Positions 1-10,803 of a stretch of 64,000 bases of DNA are shown here, in pieces (position 1 is the first letter of the stretch; every line of letters starts with the position of its first letter). The stretch is taken from the NCBI GenBank assembly GCA_964590755.1, contig CAZPYK010000002.1, forward strand, positions 11,135 through 75,134, read 5' to 3'. Below the pieces are notes generated by a model that searched no databases, was not told the DNA's origin, and saw only the letters and a program-made list of their open reading frames with translations. This stretch comes from an uncultured Ruminococcus sp. (GTDB lineage Bacteria > Bacillota > Clostridia > Oscillospirales > CAG-272). A program made the position numbers and the translations under genes.

Positions 1-837
1 AAGCAGTGAGATCACTCCGACACGGCGCGCGCCCAACAGATCGGCGGCGACCCCTCCGACAAATTTGCCGGCAAAGGCGCAAAACGGGATATATATAAAT
101 GAAAATCTTCCGTCAAAATCGGCGCTCGGCACGGCAAGGCCGACATATGAGCGTACAAGAATTGCAAAAAGGCATATTGCCGCGGCGGCGGTCGCGTTGC
201 GAATGAGCGGAAGCCGACGAAGAGCTTTTTTATCCTCGCGAGCTGTGCATTCGAAGTCGGGTGTGCGGCAGATCGGTGTCGGAGTGCCGTCGGCGTTTGT
301 TTCCTTACAGCAGAGCGCGATCGTAACAGCGGCGAAGAAAAGGATTACGGCTATGGCGTGAGAGGGAATAAGACGGCTCGTTCCGAGCTTCATTCCGACG
401 GCAAGCCCGAGCGCTCCCGAGGAGACGAATATGCCGCTTTCGGTCATTCCGTCCGAATGTCTCAAGGTGTCACAGCCTCCGCCGCTGTGAAACGCGGCAT
501 TGCCCACGCCCGCGAGACATACCGCGAGCAGAGGCGAGCTTGTCGCCGAAAGCACACCGACGGCGGTCATGGTCGCTCCGGAGAATGAGAGGGCGCGACA
601 CGGAATTCCGACGTCGCAAAGCGCACCGAAAAACATTTGAAGTCCGAAGGCGAGGGCGTTATAAAGTATAAACAACATGGCAAGAGCCGTCGGCTCTGTC
701 CTGCCGTCGGCGTATGTCAGATAAAGGATATATCCGCAACCGAGATCCACCGCCGCATGCGACAGCGTGTATACGAGCAGCGCGGAGGATCGTTCCCCCG
801 GTACAGCTATACCGAGGCTGTTTTGAAGTTTTTTCAT
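1..837 (-). CDS. MFS-like multi-pass membrane protein (partial, runs off the left edge)
   Basis: Not in the ORF track. Read manually from ATG 837, which overlaps the dusB stop (ATGA) and follows an AGGAG RBS: MKKLQNSLG...LLVYTLSHAAVDLGCGYILY...LFILYNALAFGLQMFFGALCD; near the edge FAGKFVGGVAADLLGARRVGVISLL (MFS motif-A like). Frame continuity between these segments not fully checked. Confidence 0.65.
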   Translation of the reverse strand, partial: MKKLQNSLGIAVPGERSSALLVYTLSHAAVDLGCGYILYLTYADGRTEPTALAMLFILYNALAFGLQMFFGALCDVGIPCRALSFSGATMTAVGVLSATSSPLLAVCLAGVGNAAFHSGGGCDTLRHSDGMTESGIFVSSGALGLAVGMKLGTSRLIPSHAIAVILFFAAVTIALCCKETNADGTPTPICRTPDFECTAREDKKALRRLPLIRNATAAAAICLFAILVRSYVGLAVPSADFDGRFSFIYIPFCAFAGKFVGGVAADLLGARRVGVISLL

Positions 838-1874
838 ACGGTGGTCTCCTTTCGGGCTTCGTTCGGTGTTCGATGTAACAGTTCGCCGAGCTTTTCTTCT
901 ATTTCCGCGAGCGTTTGAGCGCGAACGATGCTGTCTCGCAACTTTACGGCTCCTTCGATACCGTGGATGTATTTGGCTATCTGCGGCTTTGCCTCTGCAA
1001 CGCCGCGTCGCTCGCCCTTGAATTCCACGCTGAGCCTCAAATGTCGCAAAGCGACCGCAATGATCTCCTCGGTGGTCGGTTCGGTGTATTCCGTACCGTC
1101 CATGGCGGCGGCGATGCGGGCAAACAACCACGGGTCTCCCATGGCACCGCGTGCTATTCCCAGACCGTCGCAGTGCGTTTTTTCGAGCATGGCATGCGCA
1201 TCCGCGGCGCTCTTTATATCTCCGTTGCCGAACACCGGGATCGATACGGCTTCTTTAACACGGCTTATTACCGAAAGTTCCACCGTCCCGGGCAGATACA
1301 GCTGTTGTCGCGTGCGGGCGTGCACACATACCGCAGACGCTCCCGCGCATTCGACGGCGCGAGCCAACTCGGGGGCATTGATATGCTCGCTGTCCCAGCC
1401 CGCGCGCAGCTTCACCGTTATCGGAAGCTTGCCCGCGGCGCTCTCCGCCGCGGCGGCGGTTATCTCGGCGGCGAGCCCCGGGTCGCGCATCAGCGCCGCG
1501 CCCTCGCCGTTTGAGGTGACCTTTTTAACCGGGCAGCCCATGTTTATGTCGATGGCGTCGGGCGTTCTGCCCTCAAAACCGCGGTAGCTCCCCGTGACGA
1601 GCAAGCGTACCGCCTCGGCTATAAAGTCGGGTTCGGAGCCGAACAGCTGTACCGCGGTGGGAATGCCGTCGTCGATCCGGCAAAGCGGAGCCGTCCTTAT
1701 CGGCGTTCCCTCTCTGCCGCGTTGTTCGTAGACCAGTGCCTTGGCGGACACCATTTCGGTGACGGCGTATTCCGCGCCGTGCTCGGCACATATCATGCGA
1801 AACGCGCGGTCGCTCACTCCCGCCATGGGGCAAAGCATAAGCCCGTGCGGCAGAGAAATGTTTTTTATCTTCAT
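834..1874 (-). CDS. dusB: tRNA-dihydrouridine synthase DusB
   Basis: PMAGVSD, TEMVS, QLFGS, DINMGCPVKKV, VHARTR and GNGDI motifs. Confidence 0.92.
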   Translation of the reverse strand: MKIKNISLPHGLMLCPMAGVSDRAFRMICAEHGAEYAVTEMVSAKALVYEQRGREGTPIRTAPLCRIDDGIPTAVQLFGSEPDFIAEAVRLLVTGSYRGFEGRTPDAIDINMGCPVKKVTSNGEGAALMRDPGLAAEITAAAAESAAGKLPITVKLRAGWDSEHINAPELARAVECAGASAVCVHARTRQQLYLPGTVELSVISRVKEAVSIPVFGNGDIKSAADAHAMLEKTHCDGLGIARGAMGDPWLFARIAAAMDGTEYTEPTTEEIIAVALRHLRLSVEFKGERRGVAEAKPQIAKYIHGIEGAVKLRDSIVRAQTLAEIEEKLGELLHRTPNEARKETTV

Positions 1875-2261
1875 TTGATGGTCATCTGTCCTTGCGATCG
1901 AATATGTTTGTTACATAATAATTATAACGCATAGCGCTTGATTAGTCAAGAAGTCGGAAGGATAAATCTTTGGGACTCGGTTTTTGCGGTGATACTTTGG
2001 GAAAAATGACAATTATTTATCAATGCATAAAAATAAATCAAATAAGCTAAAATAATTGGTATAAAATGAACAAAAGGTGTTGACAAGAGCCGTCAAACAT
2101 GCTAATATATATCTGCGGTGCAAGACTGCGGATAGTGCATTTTTACACATGCGCCGCGATCGCGTATGCTCATTAATAAAAAATCGTTATTTGAGGCAAT
2201 GCGCACGATCTTTATTCGCGGGAGCGCGCGGTATTGTCTCAAGAAAGGAACGGTATGTTTT

Positions 2262-3707
2262 ATGTATGATGTTCTTATTGTTGGCTGCGGCATAACCGGT
2301 GCCGCGGCGGCGTACACCCTGGCAAGGTACGATCTCAGGATCGGCATTCTCGAACGCTTTTCGGATGTTGCGTGCGGAACGACCAAGGCGAACAGCGCCA
2401 TTCTGCACGCGGGATACGATCCGCGTCCCGGCACGCTGATGGCGCGGCTCAATCGTCGCGGTATCGAGCTTGCGCGCGATATCTGTCGCAGACTTGATGT
2501 GGCGTACAAGCCTATTCCGTCACTCGTTATAGCCTTTAACGAGCATGACATGGAGGAGGTGAGACGTCTTTACGAACGCGGGATCGAAAACGGTGTCAAT
2601 GTCAAAATATTGTCGCAAAAGGAAGTGCTTGAAGTAGAGCCGGTGCTGAATCCCGATGCTGTCGGCGCACTGTATTCGGAGGATTCCGCCATAGTCGATC
2701 CGTGGGAGTACGCCGCGGCGATGGCGGAGGTCGCGGTGCTCAACGGTGCCGAGCTGATGCTTGAGCATAAGGTGACCGCGATACGTGATAATCGCGACGG
2801 AACGCTGACCGTCGTAACAGATAAGGGCGAATTTGACACAAGATATATCGTCAATGCAGCCGGTTGCTTTGCCGGAGATGTTGCAAAAATGGCGGGAGAC
2901 GACAGCATAACGCAAACGAATTTTGCGGGTCAGTATTTCGTGCTGGATAAAGCGGAGGGCGCGAGGGTAAATACGGTCATATTCCGCTGTCCGGATGAAA
3001 AGGGATTTAAGGGAATATTGGTCGCCCCCACTGTGCACGGCAATCTTTTGGTCGGTCCCGATGCTCAGCCGGTCTCGGACGGAGACGCGGTGCATACCGA
3101 TGCCGCCACGCTTGCAATGCTTCGCGGTCGCGGGCTTGAATCGGTGCCGTCGATAAATTACAAAAATATAATTCACGAATATGCGGGAGTCAGACCGACG
3201 ACGCAGTATAAGGATTTTGTCATAGGAGTGTCCGCGGCATGCCCGAGACTTGTCAATTTGGCGGGAATGTGCTCGCCGGGGCTTTCCGCCGCGCCCGCGG
3301 TAGGCGAGGAGGCGGCGCGTTTGCTCGGCGAGAGCGGGCTTGAATTGCACCCGAAAAAGAATTTTACCGACAGCCGCCCGCCGGTTGTGCGCTTTGCAAG
3401 CCTCTCGGATGAGGAGCGTGCCCGGATGGTCGCGCTGCGCCCCGACTACGGTCGTGTCATTTGTCGTTGCGAAACGATCACCGAGGGTGAGATAGTCGAC
3501 GCCATACATCGTCCGATAGCTCCGCGCTCGCTTGACGCGATCAAGCGGCGTTGCCGCGCGGGCATGGGCAGATGTCAGGGCGGCTTTTGTTCGCCGCGCG
3601 TTCACATGATATTGGCACGTGAATTGGGTGTTGAGCCCACCGAGATAACTCTCGGCGAGGGAGGCTCCTACATACTCACGGGTCAAACCAAGGGAGGATG
3701 CCGATGA
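2262..3707 (+). CDS. FAD-dependent oxidoreductase, GlpA/L-2-hydroxyglutarate oxidase-like, with C-terminal BFD-like [2Fe-2S] domain
   Basis: MYDVLIVGCGITG Rossmann start, TTKANSAILHAG, C-terminal CRCE...RAGMGRCQGGFC; start set at MYDV after AAAGGA. Confidence 0.85.
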   Translation: MYDVLIVGCGITGAAAAYTLARYDLRIGILERFSDVACGTTKANSAILHAGYDPRPGTLMARLNRRGIELARDICRRLDVAYKPIPSLVIAFNEHDMEEVRRLYERGIENGVNVKILSQKEVLEVEPVLNPDAVGALYSEDSAIVDPWEYAAAMAEVAVLNGAELMLEHKVTAIRDNRDGTLTVVTDKGEFDTRYIVNAAGCFAGDVAKMAGDDSITQTNFAGQYFVLDKAEGARVNTVIFRCPDEKGFKGILVAPTVHGNLLVGPDAQPVSDGDAVHTDAATLAMLRGRGLESVPSINYKNIIHEYAGVRPTTQYKDFVIGVSAACPRLVNLAGMCSPGLSAAPAVGEEAARLLGESGLELHPKKNFTDSRPPVVRFASLSDEERARMVALRPDYGRVICRCETITEGEIVDAIHRPIAPRSLDAIKRRCRAGMGRCQGGFCSPRVHMILARELGVEPTEITLGEGGSYILTGQTKGGCR

Positions 3708-4978
3708 TGAGAGATCATTATGACGTTATAGTTGTAGGCGGCGGTCCGGGCGGACTTGCCGCGGCATATGCCGCATGCGAGGGCGGTGCCGACGGCGTGC
3801 TCGTCATCGAGCGAGACACCGAGGTCGGAGGAATACTCAATCAGTGCATACATAACGGCTTCGGGCTCCACTATTTCAAGGAGGAACTGACCGGGCCCGA
3901 ATATGCGGGCAGGTTTGCGGATATGCTTTCGAAAACGAGTGCCGAAGTGCTGACCGATACCATGGTGCTTGAGATCACCGCGGACAGGCGCGTAAAATGC
4001 ATGGGAAGCGGCATCGGATATTGCGAATTTTCCGCAGGTGCCATCGTGCTGGCGATGGGATGTCGCGAGCGCACGAGGGGTGCGATAGCTATACCGGGGG
4101 ATCGCCCCGCGGGAGTGATCACGGCGGGAACGGCACAAAGGTATGTGAACATCGAGGGATATATGCCCGGAAAAAGGATAGTCATACTCGGCTCGGGAGA
4201 TATCGGGTTGATAATGGCTCGGCGTATGTCGCTTGAGGGGGCAAAGGTCCTCGCGTGTGTCGAGCTTTGCCCATATTCCAATGGGCTTACCCGCAATATC
4301 GTGCAATGCCTGGAGGATTTTGATATACCGCTCTATCTTTCGCACACGATAACCGGGATCGTCGGCAGAGAGCGGGTGGAAAAGGTTATTATCTCGCGTG
4401 TGGATAAGGGCGTGCCGATCCCCGGCACCGAATTTGAGATAGAATGCGACACCGTGTTGCTCTCGGTTGGGTTGATCCCGGAAAACGAGTTGACCCGCCT
4501 TGCCGAGATACCCATCGACCGTCGCACGAACGGTCCGCTCGTTTACGAGAACATGCAGACGATGTGCGAGGGGATATTTGCCTGCGGCAATGTGGTGCAT
4601 GTGCACGATCTTGTCGATTTCGTTACAGCCGAAAGCATGAAGGCGGGAGCCGCCGCCGCGGCGTTTGCGCTCGGTGAGCGCGCCGAGGGCAGAGTGGTAG
4701 AGCTGATTCCCGGAGAGGGTGTTAACTACACCGTGCCGCAAAGACTGCGACCGGATAACATTGAGCCGGCGGCGGATATATTCTTCCGCACCGACCGTCC
4801 GAGAGGTGCGTCGGTGATAGAGGTGAGCTCGGCAGGCGGCGTGCTGACACGCTTTTCGCGCGTAAGGATGGCGCCCGGCGAGATGGAAAAGATATCTCTG
4901 CCCGCGGGGCTCTTTGCAAATGCCGGCGGCAGTGTGACCGTGAGAGTTGTCGACGCGGAATCCGCGGAAAGGATGTAG
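3704..4978 (+). CDS. Pyridine nucleotide-disulfide family FAD/NAD(P) oxidoreductase
   Basis: VGGGPGGLAAA, GGILNQCIHNGFG, ILGSGDIG, GIFACGNV; ATGA overlap with the upstream gene. Confidence 0.85.
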   Translation: MMRDHYDVIVVGGGPGGLAAAYAACEGGADGVLVIERDTEVGGILNQCIHNGFGLHYFKEELTGPEYAGRFADMLSKTSAEVLTDTMVLEITADRRVKCMGSGIGYCEFSAGAIVLAMGCRERTRGAIAIPGDRPAGVITAGTAQRYVNIEGYMPGKRIVILGSGDIGLIMARRMSLEGAKVLACVELCPYSNGLTRNIVQCLEDFDIPLYLSHTITGIVGRERVEKVIISRVDKGVPIPGTEFEIECDTVLLSVGLIPENELTRLAEIPIDRRTNGPLVYENMQTMCEGIFACGNVVHVHDLVDFVTAESMKAGAAAAAFALGERAEGRVVELIPGEGVNYTVPQRLRPDNIEPAADIFFRTDRPRGASVIEVSSAGGVLTRFSRVRMAPGEMEKISLPAGLFANAGGSVTVRVVDAESAERM

Positions 4979-4984
4979 AGCAAA

Positions 4985-5341
4985 ATGAAGGAGCTTATAT
5001 GTATAGTTTGTCCGCGTGGGTGTCATCTTTCGGTGGACGAGGAGCACGGCTATGCCGTCAGCGGAAATCGTTGCAAAAGAGGCGAGGAATACGGCAGACA
5101 GGAGCTGATCTCTCCCATGAGAGTCATCACTTCAACGGTGCGGATAAGCGGAGCCGCGTGTGTGCGCTGCCCGGTAAAGACCGACCGCGCCATACCGAAA
5201 TCGCTCATGCGCGATGCCATGGCGATGCTTGACACGGTAGATCTGTCGGCCCCGGTGTCGGTGGGCGATCGTGTTATCGAAAATATATTGGGAACGGGCG
5301 CAAACTTTGTCGTGACCGGAAACATTCGGCGCAAGGCATAA
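4985..5341 (+). CDS. DUF1667 family CxxC metal-binding protein
   Basis: ICIVCPRGC...GNRCKRG...PVKT; usual third gene of this triad. Confidence 0.8.
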   Translation: MKELICIVCPRGCHLSVDEEHGYAVSGNRCKRGEEYGRQELISPMRVITSTVRISGAACVRCPVKTDRAIPKSLMRDAMAMLDTVDLSAPVSVGDRVIENILGTGANFVVTGNIRRKA

Positions 5342-5370
5342 GCGCCGACGCGGGTTTCGGGCGCTCTTAT

Positions 5371-5414
5371 GAGGCACGGGGGATGTCGCAATGACTCTCT
5401 TGTGCCTCTTTTTT
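5371..5414 (+). terminator. Rho-independent terminator
   Basis: GAGGCAC...GTGCCTC stem followed by TTTTTT. Confidence 0.7.
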
Positions 5415-5536
5415 GACGCTTTGGCGGTAATTTGGCGCAAAGTTATTTACATTTCGGAGCTTTTGTGGTATACTATTACATTGAAGAATTATGCAAGCAC
5501 GGGCGATATGTCCGCGAGGCGGAGAGGAGCGGGAGC

Positions 5537-6706
5537 ATGGATCGGCGAGAGATCGACGCGTTGATAAAAGAAAAAGAAAAGCAAAAGAAAAGAGCCGCGC
5601 GTCGCGCCGAAACTGCGCATTTGCCGCTTTTGCCCGCTTTGATCCCGTGCGCGGCGATGCTCCTCGGTGCTTGTGCTTGCTGCGCTTACGGGCGCGAGAC
5701 CGCCGCGGGGCTTTTTATGCTCGGTTCGGCGCTCTTTCTCGGCACCTTTGCGCGTGAGCGTGCGGTGATCTTTGGGGTCATAGTCCCGGCGTATGTCGTG
5801 GTTCTGTTCAGCGGAGACTTTTCACTGCCCGCGCTCTGTCTCGGCGCTTGTGCGGCGGTCGGGAGCGGAGCATTCCTGTTTAGGATCAATAAGATCGTGT
5901 TTTTCGTCGGATCGCTCATCACACTCGGCATCGGAGTCGCGCTTGCCGGCAACGCGGGCGGGCTTGCGTGCGTCGCGCTGTCATTAACTGCCGCTGTTCT
6001 CGGCACCGTCTATCCCGTCTCGCGTATAGGTGAATCGGTGGCGTATACCGCCGCCGCTCTCGGAATTACCGTTCTTCTGCTCGGAGCCGTTTTGGTGTTT
6101 ATCGAAGGCGGGGCGAGTATCGAGGCGCCGGCGGATCTGCCCGCTCGGATAAAGCGGCAGTTGATTTCCGCCGTTGGCGCCGCGGCAGCCGCGGATACTG
6201 CAAGCGGAGCCCTGGAGCAGTATGTGGATTCGGTGATGAAGCTTCTGCCGGGACTTTTTGCCGCGGCGGTCGAGGTCTTGGCGTTCTTTATGCATTGTGT
6301 GTGCGGGGCGATCTTTCGCTCGGCGAGTATGGAGCCGGAGGCTTTCACCACCGCTCCGTCAAGATATATCGTTTCTCCGATAACGGCACTGCTGTATTTT
6401 GCCGCGACGCTTGTATGCGCCGCAGTCGATGAGAGCGGAACGGTTTCGGTGGTGTGCGAAAATATAATGCTCATGCTTTCGTTGCCGTTGGCTGTATATG
6501 CGGTGTTTGAGGTCACGCAAAGACTGCGTCGCGCGGAGCTTGAGTCTATAGGCAAGCTCGTTATTGCGGCGGCTGTGCTGACGGCGATATTCGGCGGATG
6601 GCAGGGAGTGTGCATTCTTGCCGCGGCGGGTGCGGTCATGAGTTGTATCCTTCCGCTCGGCGCATTCATCGGCGGGATCGTCGGCGGTGGCGGCGGAGAG
6701 CAGTGA
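5537..6706 (+). CDS. Multi-pass membrane protein, YybS/DUF2232-like
   Basis: Many hydrophobic helices; conserved position upstream of gdpP-rplI-dnaB. Confidence 0.6.
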   Translation: MDRREIDALIKEKEKQKKRAARRAETAHLPLLPALIPCAAMLLGACACCAYGRETAAGLFMLGSALFLGTFARERAVIFGVIVPAYVVVLFSGDFSLPALCLGACAAVGSGAFLFRINKIVFFVGSLITLGIGVALAGNAGGLACVALSLTAAVLGTVYPVSRIGESVAYTAAALGITVLLLGAVLVFIEGGASIEAPADLPARIKRQLISAVGAAAAADTASGALEQYVDSVMKLLPGLFAAAVEVLAFFMHCVCGAIFRSASMEPEAFTTAPSRYIVSPITALLYFAATLVCAAVDESGTVSVVCENIMLMLSLPLAVYAVFEVTQRLRRAELESIGKLVIAAAVLTAIFGGWQGVCILAAAGAVMSCILPLGAFIGGIVGGGGGEQ

Positions 6707-6821
6707 CGCGATCGAGCAACACTCAAATGAGTTTTTTCGTATCTTGCATACGTCATTTACGATCGTCGATGTCGATCGTTGATCAATCATGTCGCCGCAG
6801 GCGGCAGAGCGGAGGTTTTTG

Positions 6822-8876
6822 ATGTCAATAAAAGGAAACAAGCGTCCGGACGACACGCCGCTTTGGATATGTGTGATAGTCGGCGGGATATTTCTTGCCG
6901 CCGTGGCGGTACTCTCCGAACTTACAGATCTGATACCGTCCATAGTCGCTCTCGCATTTTTGTTTATCTATTGTGCCGCCGTGATAATAGCATATCTGTC
7001 ATCTCGATCGGCATCATCCTTCGGTATCGGCGAAAAAGAGCGGCTGTCGATAGGCAATCTTATGACCGAGACTCTCAGGAGCGTTAGGCTCGCGACGGTG
7101 ATAACCGCTCCGGACGGAAAGATAATCTGGTCGAATGCCGCCATGCAGGATATAGCCGAATCCGGCGAAACGCTGGCGGGGCTTGAACTCGGCACGATAT
7201 GTCCCGTCTCGGTCTCCGAACTGGCTGCCACCGATCCGATCGTGGGTGTACGTGTGCTTGTGCGGGAGATGCCGTTTCGCGCTCGCGCTTATGAGATGAA
7301 CACCGCCGAGCGCAGATATTATATGATAACCTTTGAGGAGCTCTCGGAGATCGAGTCGGCAAACGCGCGAGCCGATGACGAGTTGGCGGTGATCTCCTAT
7401 GTGACGATAGACAACCTTGCGGAGTTGGCACAGTACGCACGAGTGTCCTATCGCGAGGCGGCGAACCGCGCCGACGAGATACTGAAGGCTTGGGTCGACG
7501 GTATGGACGGTATAATGCGGGAATACGATCGAGACAAGTTTATCGTCATCTTCCCCAAAAAGCGACTTGCCTCCGCGATGGCCGCAAGGTTCGATGTGCT
7601 CGATCAAGTGAAAAACATCAAGACCGGAGACATGCGCATGTCGCTTACCGTTTCGATAGGCATGTCCGCTTCGAATTCCGGCATAGCCGAGCGTGAAAGA
7701 GAGGCGGCGTCGGCGCTTGAGACCGCGCTTCAACGCGGCGGAGATCAGGTGGTGATCCGCACCTCGCAAGGTTTTGAATATTTCGGCGGCAGGACCAAGA
7801 GTTCGCGCGGACGCGGAAGCGTTACCGCAAGGTTTATTTCCGACAGGCTGGCGGGAATTATCTCGGAGGCGGGCAATGTGCTTATCATGGGGCATAAAAA
7901 CCCCGATTTCGATTGCATCGGCGCCTCGGTCGGACTTGCGCGCTTTGCTTCTCGATATAATGAGGACGTGCGCATAGTCATGGACCGCGAATGTCACAAT
8001 TTTGCGGTCTGCACCGACGGGTTGATGAACGATCCCGCTTTTTCCGAAAGAGAGGTCTTCATCAATGCCGCCGACGGTATGGAGATGATCCGTTCGGATA
8101 CGCTCTTGATACTTGCCGATGTCAACAATATGCAGATATGCGAATCTCCCGAGCTGGCTGCCAATGTGTTTAAGACCGTTATCATAGACCATCACCGCAA
8201 GGCGCACGAATTCGTCAACGAGCCGGAGCTGGTCTACATTGAGCCGTCGGCGTCCTCGGCGTGCGAGCTTGTCGCCGAGATGCTTGAGCTGGCATCTCCC
8301 GCGGATACGGGAGAGAATTCCACGCTCACACGGCGCGAGGCGGATATAATGCTGGCGGGCATCATGCTCGACACTCAGGATTTCACCCGCTCCACCACGG
8401 CGCGCACATTTTCGGCGGCGCTTTATCTGCGTGAGTGCGGTGCAAGTTCGGAGATCGCGAGGACCTTCTTCTACGAAGATATCAAAAGCTATATTACCGA
8501 ATCAAAACTCGGTGCCGAGGTGTGCATATATCGCGAGCGCATAGCCATAGCGGTCGGTCGCGGAACGGCGGCGGGAGTATCCGAGGATGACGTTGCCGAA
8601 TTTGAGGCGGCGCGCGGAGCGGATCGCATAACCGCCTCAAAGGCGGCTGACAAATTACTCACCGTTCGCGGCGTGGCTGCGGCATTCGTCTTGATCGAGA
8701 CCGACGGCGAGGTCATGATATCCGCACGTTCTGACGGCAGTATAAACGTGCAGCTCGTGCTTGAGCAGCTGGGCGGCGGCGGACATTTTGATGCCGCGGG
8801 TGCGCAGGTGCACAGCGAGAACATCACCGAGGTGTTGACTCGCCTTAAGAAATGCATCGACGATTACCTTGCTTAA
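6822..8876 (+). CDS. gdpP: Cyclic-di-AMP phosphodiesterase GdpP (TM-PAS-degenerate GGDEF-DHH-DHHA1)
   Basis: Two N-terminal TMs, RGGDQV, MGHKNPDFD, IIDHHR, LGGGGHFDAAG; GGAGG RBS before 6822. Confidence 0.9.
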   Translation: MSIKGNKRPDDTPLWICVIVGGIFLAAVAVLSELTDLIPSIVALAFLFIYCAAVIIAYLSSRSASSFGIGEKERLSIGNLMTETLRSVRLATVITAPDGKIIWSNAAMQDIAESGETLAGLELGTICPVSVSELAATDPIVGVRVLVREMPFRARAYEMNTAERRYYMITFEELSEIESANARADDELAVISYVTIDNLAELAQYARVSYREAANRADEILKAWVDGMDGIMREYDRDKFIVIFPKKRLASAMAARFDVLDQVKNIKTGDMRMSLTVSIGMSASNSGIAEREREAASALETALQRGGDQVVIRTSQGFEYFGGRTKSSRGRGSVTARFISDRLAGIISEAGNVLIMGHKNPDFDCIGASVGLARFASRYNEDVRIVMDRECHNFAVCTDGLMNDPAFSEREVFINAADGMEMIRSDTLLILADVNNMQICESPELAANVFKTVIIDHHRKAHEFVNEPELVYIEPSASSACELVAEMLELASPADTGENSTLTRREADIMLAGIMLDTQDFTRSTTARTFSAALYLRECGASSEIARTFFYEDIKSYITESKLGAEVCIYRERIAIAVGRGTAAGVSEDDVAEFEAARGADRITASKAADKLLTVRGVAAAFVLIETDGEVMISARSDGSINVQLVLEQLGGGGHFDAAGAQVHSENITEVLTRLKKCIDDYLA

Positions 8877-8925
8877 TAATGTAATTTTACAATAAAGTTC
8901 TGAAGAAACGGAGAATATATTAAAA

Positions 8926-9372
8926 ATGAAGGTAGTACTTACAAAAGACGTCAAGGGACAGGGCAAAAAGGATCAAGTCGTGGAGGTGTCGGACGGATAT
9001 GCGCGCAACTTTCTTCTGCCGCGCGGTCTGGCTGTTCCCGCAGACGCAAAAATAATGAATGAGATAAAGAATCGCGAGGCATCCGAGAAGCACCGCATAG
9101 AGGTGGAGCGCGCCGAGGCTTTGGCAACGGCAAAGAAGCTTGAGGCGGTCCAAGTGAAGATATATGCATCCTCGGGAGCCGACGAAAGGCTTTACGGTTC
9201 GGTGACCTCCAAAGACGTCGCGGAGGCGCTTGAGGCTCAGCACGGCGTTTCGCTCGATCGCCGCAAGCTCACGATAGCCGATCCGATAAAGGCGTACGGC
9301 GCGTACACGATACCGGTAAAGCTGTTCGGAGATATAGAGGGCAAGATAAACGTTATCGTATGCAAGAAATAA
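8926..9372 (+). CDS. rplI: 50S ribosomal protein L9
   Basis: [15 protein letters not shown]...[19 protein letters not shown]. Confidence 0.97.
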   Translation: MKVVLTKDVKGQGKKDQVVEVSDGYARNFLLPRGLAVPADAKIMNEIKNREASEKHRIEVERAEALATAKKLEAVQVKIYASSGADERLYGSVTSKDVAEALEAQHGVSLDRRKLTIADPIKAYGAYTIPVKLFGDIEGKINVIVCKK

Positions 9373-9441
9373 GACCGTAAAAGTCGGAAGATCGAACAAA
9401 GAGACGATAGGGCGGCGCCATGCCGCCCAAGGGAGCTCCGA

Positions 9442-10803
9442 ATGAATAATGATGTGATCAAAAAAATGCCGTTTTCGATGATAGCCGAGCAGGCGCTCTT
9501 GGGCTCTGTTCTGCTTGATCCGGAATCGTTGCGTAATGTGGCGGACATGGTGACCGATGCCGATTTTTATGTATCCGAGCATCGTCAAATATATGCCGCA
9601 ATGCTGCGCTTGTTTATGACAAGCAGTCAGATAGACGTCGTCACATTGATAGACGATCTTGTGCGCGACGGCGTTTATGACAAGTCGGGCGGAGAAAGCT
9701 ATATAAGGATGCTGACAGACAGTGTGCCGTCGGCATTGAATATTCGCGACTACGCCGTGATAGTCAAGGAAAAGAGCCTTTTGCGCAGTCTTATCGAGGC
9801 AGGCGAGGATATTGCCGAAAAAGCGTATTCCGAGCAGGATGATGTCGGATCGTTGCTTGATTATGCCGGCAATAAGATCTATGCGATAGCGCAGGGGCGC
9901 AATGACAGAAGCTTTGTCAGCATAGATCGTGTGCTCATGCAGGTATATGAGCATTTGCACGAGCTTCAGATAGATCCCGAGGGTACGCAGGGAACAAAGA
10001 CGGGCTTTTCCGATCTTGACGGCGTGCTTGCGGGTATGGGAAATTCCGACCTTATACTGGTGGGCGGTCGACCCGGTATGGGTAAGACCAGCTTTGCAAT
10101 GAATATCGCGACGAATGTTGCGCTGAAAACGCACAAAAAGGTGGCGATATTTTCACTGGAAATGTCTGCCGAGCAGCTTGCAACGCGAATGCTGTCGAGC
10201 GAGGCGCTTGTCAGCTCGTTGGCGCTCAGGACCGGAAACATCAGCGACGACGATTGGACACGACTGGCGGGAGCGGTGGATAGGCTCAGCGGAAGTCGGA
10301 TCCTTATCGACGACACTCCCGGAATCACCGTCACCGGAATGAAAGCGAAGCTGAGACGAGAGGGCGACGTGGGTCTTGTGGTCATAGATTATCTGCAGCT
10401 CATGCAAGGAGACAGACACAACGACAACAGAGTTCAGGAGGTCGCCGAGATCACGCGAGGCATGAAGCTTATGGCAAAGGAGCTGAACGTTCCGGTCATC
10501 TGCTGTGCACAGCTTTCCCGCGGACCCGAATCGCGTACCGTTAAGAAGCCCATGCTTTCCGACCTGCGAGATTCCGGATCTATCGAGCAGGATGCCGATA
10601 CTGTGCTCTTTATCTATCGTGATGAATATTATCAGACAGACAAGGACGCCTCGGCGGACAAAAACGGGATCGATATCGTGGAATGTATCGTCGCAAAGAA
10701 CCGCCACGGCTCCACCGGAACGGTCAAGCTCAGCTGGAGCGGCACATATACTTTGTTCCGAAGCATTGAGAACAATGCTCCCGAACCGCCGGAGGGACAA
10801 TGA
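9442..10803 (+). CDS. dnaB: Replicative DNA helicase
   Basis: AEQALLGS, GRPGMGKTSF, FSLEMS, IDYLQLM, DLRDSGSIEQDAD, AKNRHG. Confidence 0.97.
   Translation: MNNDVIKKMPFSMIAEQALLGSVLLDPESLRNVADMVTDADFYVSEHRQIYAAMLRLFMTSSQIDVVTLIDDLVRDGVYDKSGGESYIRMLTDSVPSALNIRDYAVIVKEKSLLRSLIEAGEDIAEKAYSEQDDVGSLLDYAGNKIYAIAQGRNDRSFVSIDRVLMQVYEHLHELQIDPEGTQGTKTGFSDLDGVLAGMGNSDLILVGGRPGMGKTSFAMNIATNVALKTHKKVAIFSLEMSAEQLATRMLSSEALVSSLALRTGNISDDDWTRLAGAVDRLSGSRILIDDTPGITVTGMKAKLRREGDVGLVVIDYLQLMQGDRHNDNRVQEVAEITRGMKLMAKELNVPVICCAQLSRGPESRTVKKPMLSDLRDSGSIEQDADTVLFIYRDEYYQTDKDASADKNGIDIVECIVAKNRHGSTGTVKLSWSGTYTLFRSIENNAPEPPEGQ

Noticed and set aside
65-918. Short plus-strand ORFs at the window start
   Set aside because: They are antisense shadows of the minus-strand membrane protein gene starting at 837.
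2520-5047. Long minus-strand ORFs (388 and 454 aa) opposite the oxidoreductases
   Set aside because: No motifs; long antisense frames are expected in GC-rich coding DNA.
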